Shown here: one piece after another, positions 60,404 to 64,000 of the stretch
Layout: each line of letters starts with the position of its first letter
How positions within the stretch are numbered: position 1 is the stretch's first letter
NCBI GenBank assembly: GCA_030167865.1
Contig: JALAGF010006292.1
Span: 1 to 64,000, forward strand
Source of the DNA: Craspedostauros australis
Taxonomy: Eukaryota
DNA length: 64,000 nucleotides
Reading direction: 5' to 3'
Notes under the pieces: generated by a model
What the model saw: the letters and a program-made list of their open reading frames with translations, nothing else
Database searches by the model: none
What the model was told of the DNA's origin: nothing
Translations under genes and position numbers: made by a program

Positions 60404-61762
60404 CGATCGACAGATGAACCAACCAATCCAACGCCGGACTGATGGACGCGTGTCTTCATGTTTATGCCTGGCAGCGTCTGTTCGCTTCTTCGCCCACGAC
60501 ATCGATCCTTTCTTGCCGCCACCATCATCTTCTTGCCCTGCGCGTCGTCACTCCGTTGGTGTGACAGGCAAGAAGAACAGAAGCAACGATACAATTCGAG
60601 ACGCGCCAACATCCAACGAACTCCAGAAAGAGGCAAAAGCGCTTCGTGGCTCTTCCCCCCAAGATGATAGATATATCGTACTCTGCATCGTAGAGCATCA
60701 GTATACGTAGTATGTGTGTCTGTGTGATCAGTCCCCCGCCGTTCCCATCTTGCTTGGTGGTCATCATTGCTCATAGCATGGTGACCATCGCCACTGGTCA
60801 AGTGTGAATGGGCGGCCGGCGCCCAACCTTCGTGATGACTGGCCACGCTCCACGATTCACAACGCATCAGCATTTTCGCTTCAAACTCTTTTGCCCTCTC
60901 TTTCGGCCATTGCGTCGCGCCAAAAATGTAACCGCCACGATCACGTCAGCCAATCACACACACACAATATCCATGACTCGATCAACCAGTCAGCCACGAA
61001 ATGGACAGACAGACACGGTGCTTCTCAATTTGACCAACGAGGCACGCATCCACGACCACATCATCATAGTCTAGTCTGCCCATTTTAGATACATGCGCAA
61101 GCAGGCAAGTCCAATCAATCTACTATCTCCAGAGAGAGAGAGAGAGCGTAGAGGACAACGCTACTTTCAGGGCACCGTACGAATACGACCGACGGTGGAG
61201 ACCATTGCCGATCTCTACCCATCGTAGGTATGGTGCTTGAGAGAGTGCACACATGAGGATGACCAGCAAGAAGAAGGAGCGGAGCTGATAATTCCAACAT
61301 TCTTGCCGACGTGGTCGTTGTCCTGCGCGTATGGGTGTACCAACTATACGTAACACTTTGAGTACGCGTACCCACAACTTCTATGCGTTTTATGATGCAA
61401 CAGACGTTTGCCTCTTTCTTGGCGTCTTTGCAGTATGTGTGGGTCTATTGTTTCCTCTTGCTTCTCTGCAGGTTCAGTGGTTCGTTCGTGCGGAGGTGTG
61501 CTGTGGTAAGATTGTGTGCTGTGACACAGGAGCAGATACACTCGTGATGTAAATGCTGGTGTGATTGTTTATTCGTTTTGTATGGTGTTTCATTGTGCAT
61601 TGCATGTCGTAGGTCGTATTTGTATGTATTGTACATCGCCATGCTTGCGCCTGCTTGTCTATTTCTGTCTCTTGTTCTGTTGTTAACCATATCTTCTTGA
61701 CGGATCTTGCCGTTGGCTTGAATGCATACCGAAAGGTCGATGCCTTCGTGTTGACGCAGCGC

Positions 61763-64000
61763 TTAAGCAAACATGAAGGCGCCGCTGCCTTCGTTGATAG
61801 CGTACAGCAGCTTCTCTTTCAGCTCGTCTTCGCTCTTGTACTGGGGGAGGTCGAGGGAGTTGAAGCACGTGTGGGCGGACATCAGAGCCCCCTTCGGACC
61901 AGCCGTCGCCTTGTGGATGCTGAACTTTTGCACTCCACGCATGCCCGGCAGCTCCGAGAATCCAGCCAGCGGCACCTTCGAACTGCCTGTGACGAACTGC
62001 AAGAAGGAAGCCTTTTCGTTGCGCGAAAGGGAGAAGAGGATGTTCCAGAACCATTGGATCTGCTCATCGGCTGGCTTCCACCCTTGATAGTCCGTGTTCT
62101 GCTTCAGGTCGTGAACATCGATGTCCGGAAGGCCCGAGATGAGCAGCTCCAGCTCCTTGGGAGTGAAGATGGAGATGAGACCTGGGCTGACCAGCTCGTA
62201 GAAACCGTCGAGGTATGCCTTGATCTGGCTGGAAATCGCCGTTGTCATGCGGTGCTGACACACCAGACTGACGTACTTCGATTTGGACTCCTCGGAGACC
62301 TTGATCTTGCGGCCATTGGGGATCAAGTCAATGATCTGATTTCGTCCGAAGGAGTAGTCCTCGATGGAGAATGTGAGTTCCAAACCCAAATCATCGAGGT
62401 CGTATTGCAAAATGGTTTTCAGGTTCTTGTAGTAATCCGGATCGATGGCCTCCATGTCGTGATGCGTTGGCTGTGGGCAAACGTTGTAGAGTATCGACGA
62501 TTGAATAGGGTGATTGTATCGGTATGCAGTGATGCATTGGATGAGTGCATTGGTAAATGAATGGAAGAAAAAGCAACACAGACATGCAAGTCATGATGGG
62601 CATTGCAATAAGAGGTTGTGAAAGCGTGAAGATGAGCCCGGGTGTCAGAATCATACGCGCGTAGAATCATGAACAAGAGCGAGCGACAAGCGCAGTCGTA
62701 CCTTGATCCCAAGCATGTGCTTGTATAGGCTCCTCGTGAAATGAGCATCCAGAAGGTAACCATCTGCGACGGCCTTTCCGACTATGCGGCCAACGAAACG
62801 GAAGAAGCTCAGGTGATCGGGATTAATGGCGCTGTTTGGATTGGGCTGGAATGTGCTCCCGTCTTCCGTGGATGTGAAGAGAGCGTAGTTGGGGTTGAAT
62901 ATCTCCTTGGCGAGAATGCCGAAGAATTCTCGCGACAGACCACCGGCATCCACCCCCTCTTCGTTGCGGAAGGTGATATGCAGCCTCCCTCTCATCTCGT
63001 CAGCGTTGCGAAGCAACAGCTGATGATACGCATCTTCAAAGACATGCTTGCGCCGGATCTGCAGCCGAAGGCTACCAAATCTACGGTTCGCCTGTTGTCG
63101 CAAACGGCGGACTTGGGTCTTGAACCACTGGCGTTTCACATCAAAACTCAGAAGAACGCGGCACTGCGGGACCTGAATGAGCGTCCGAAGCCCCTTGTCG
63201 ATGAGACTCGGGTTGTTGCGGATCAGTGCATTGACGAGCACCTTGTTGGCGCTGACAAAGTTCAGCACTCGGTCACCCCCCACCAAATGTCCCAGGTTGA
63301 CATTTCCACGAAGGGGACCATCCTGCGCTTGGTTGCTCTCATCTTCGTCGTCGTCGTCATCTTCGTCGCCTGACTTCTGTTTGGTCCTTGTCACGCTTGC
63401 ATTGGCGACGAAGAACGCTTCAACCGATGGCAAGAAACGGGTGAGGAGCCCGGCGACACTGTTCTGCAACCTCTTGCTCCCATTGTCATCATCGTCATCA
63501 GCGTCGTTGGCATCTGCGTCGTTGTTGTCGGCATCGTCGCCGTCCCCCTCGCTGCCCGGCGTTGTTGACACGCCTTCGAGAACCTGGACGATCTTTAAGC
63601 ATGAGGTCAGTTCATCCCACAATGAATCAAGATCCATGGCCTTCAGCAGGTGGACCATCTCGAATGTCACCACTGTGTTCCCCTCCAGCTTCTTGTATGC
63701 CCCGTCTTCACCAGGGTCAACGCACAACGCATGGAGCGTCTGCAGCACACGTAAGAGCTTGAGCTCACTGGTGCTTGTGGAGACAGCGATCGTATTCGAT
63801 GCACTGCCGACGGGTGGCGATGCCGAAGCCTCTGCATCTTCTGGTGTTTTTGTTTCTTGCTGTCTTTGAGACAACGCGGCGGACAGACGGATGTTCAGAG
63901 TTTTTAGATCTTTGATCGCATCGACTCCCAACGCGTGGGCCACGGAAGCCAGCTCGGCAAGGACATGACCTCTGTTGCCATGTAGGCGGCACAATCTTCT
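61763..64000 (-). CDS. HUWE1: HECT E3 ubiquitin ligase, HUWE1/TOM1/UPL1 type, 3' part only (continues beyond window); exons >64000-62702, 62470-61763
   Basis: EEGVDAGGLSREFF, FRFVGRIVGKA, LDAHFTRSLYKH, FLQFVTGSSKVP and catalytic AHTCFNSLDLP. Upstream ELKLLRVLQTL, LWDELTSCL and RFLPSVEAFF are typical of the TOM1/UPL1 subfamily. Confidence 0.93.

Noticed and set aside
44085..64000. Apparent ubiquitin-system gene cluster (UBL protein, TBCB UBL, F-box, HECT)
   Set aside because: These domains are common in eukaryotic genomes, the products act in different compartments, and unrelated genes are interleaved.
1..64000. tRNA, rRNA or intact transposase/reverse-transcriptase genes
   Set aside because: No cloverleaf with A/B boxes, rRNA signature or RT/integrase/DDE motif was recognised by eye; tRNAscan-SE, Rfam and RepeatMasker would be needed to exclude them formally.

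Overview
Eukaryotic, intron-containing sequence from a draft assembly with four N-gaps. It is most likely a diatom (inference from bipartite signal+transit-like presequences, GT-AG introns and a type-II LRR receptor-like protein). Positions ~1-5300 are a CpG-poor, gap-ridden, degenerate stretch with no recognisable intact gene. The rest holds 15 gene models, which I spliced by hand, and one probable pseudogene: LRR receptor-like protein, SpoU/TrmH RNA methyltransferase, triple-repeat-domain protein, MON2, VTI1, plastid-type Mfd, OSCA/CSC1-like channel, RNI-like pseudogene, hypothetical protein, PDZ protein, HERP-like UBL membrane protein, tubulin cofactor B, bHLH-ZIP/F-box fusion, truncated mitochondrial acyl-CoA-synthetase-like protein, succinyl-CoA ligase alpha, ARM-like protein, and the 3' end of a HUWE1/TOM1-type HECT ligase. 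I could not support any tRNA, rRNA, CRISPR array or intact transposon. The best leads are: (1) a HERP/Usa1-like protein carrying a signal peptide and a ubiquitin-tail-like LHLQLRGG motif, a candidate component of the periplastid ERAD-like (SELMA) machinery; (2) an atypical bHLH-ZIP fused to an F-box; (3) a half-size ACS-like mitochondrial protein head-to-head with SCS-alpha. All family calls come from motif recognition by eye; no searches were run.
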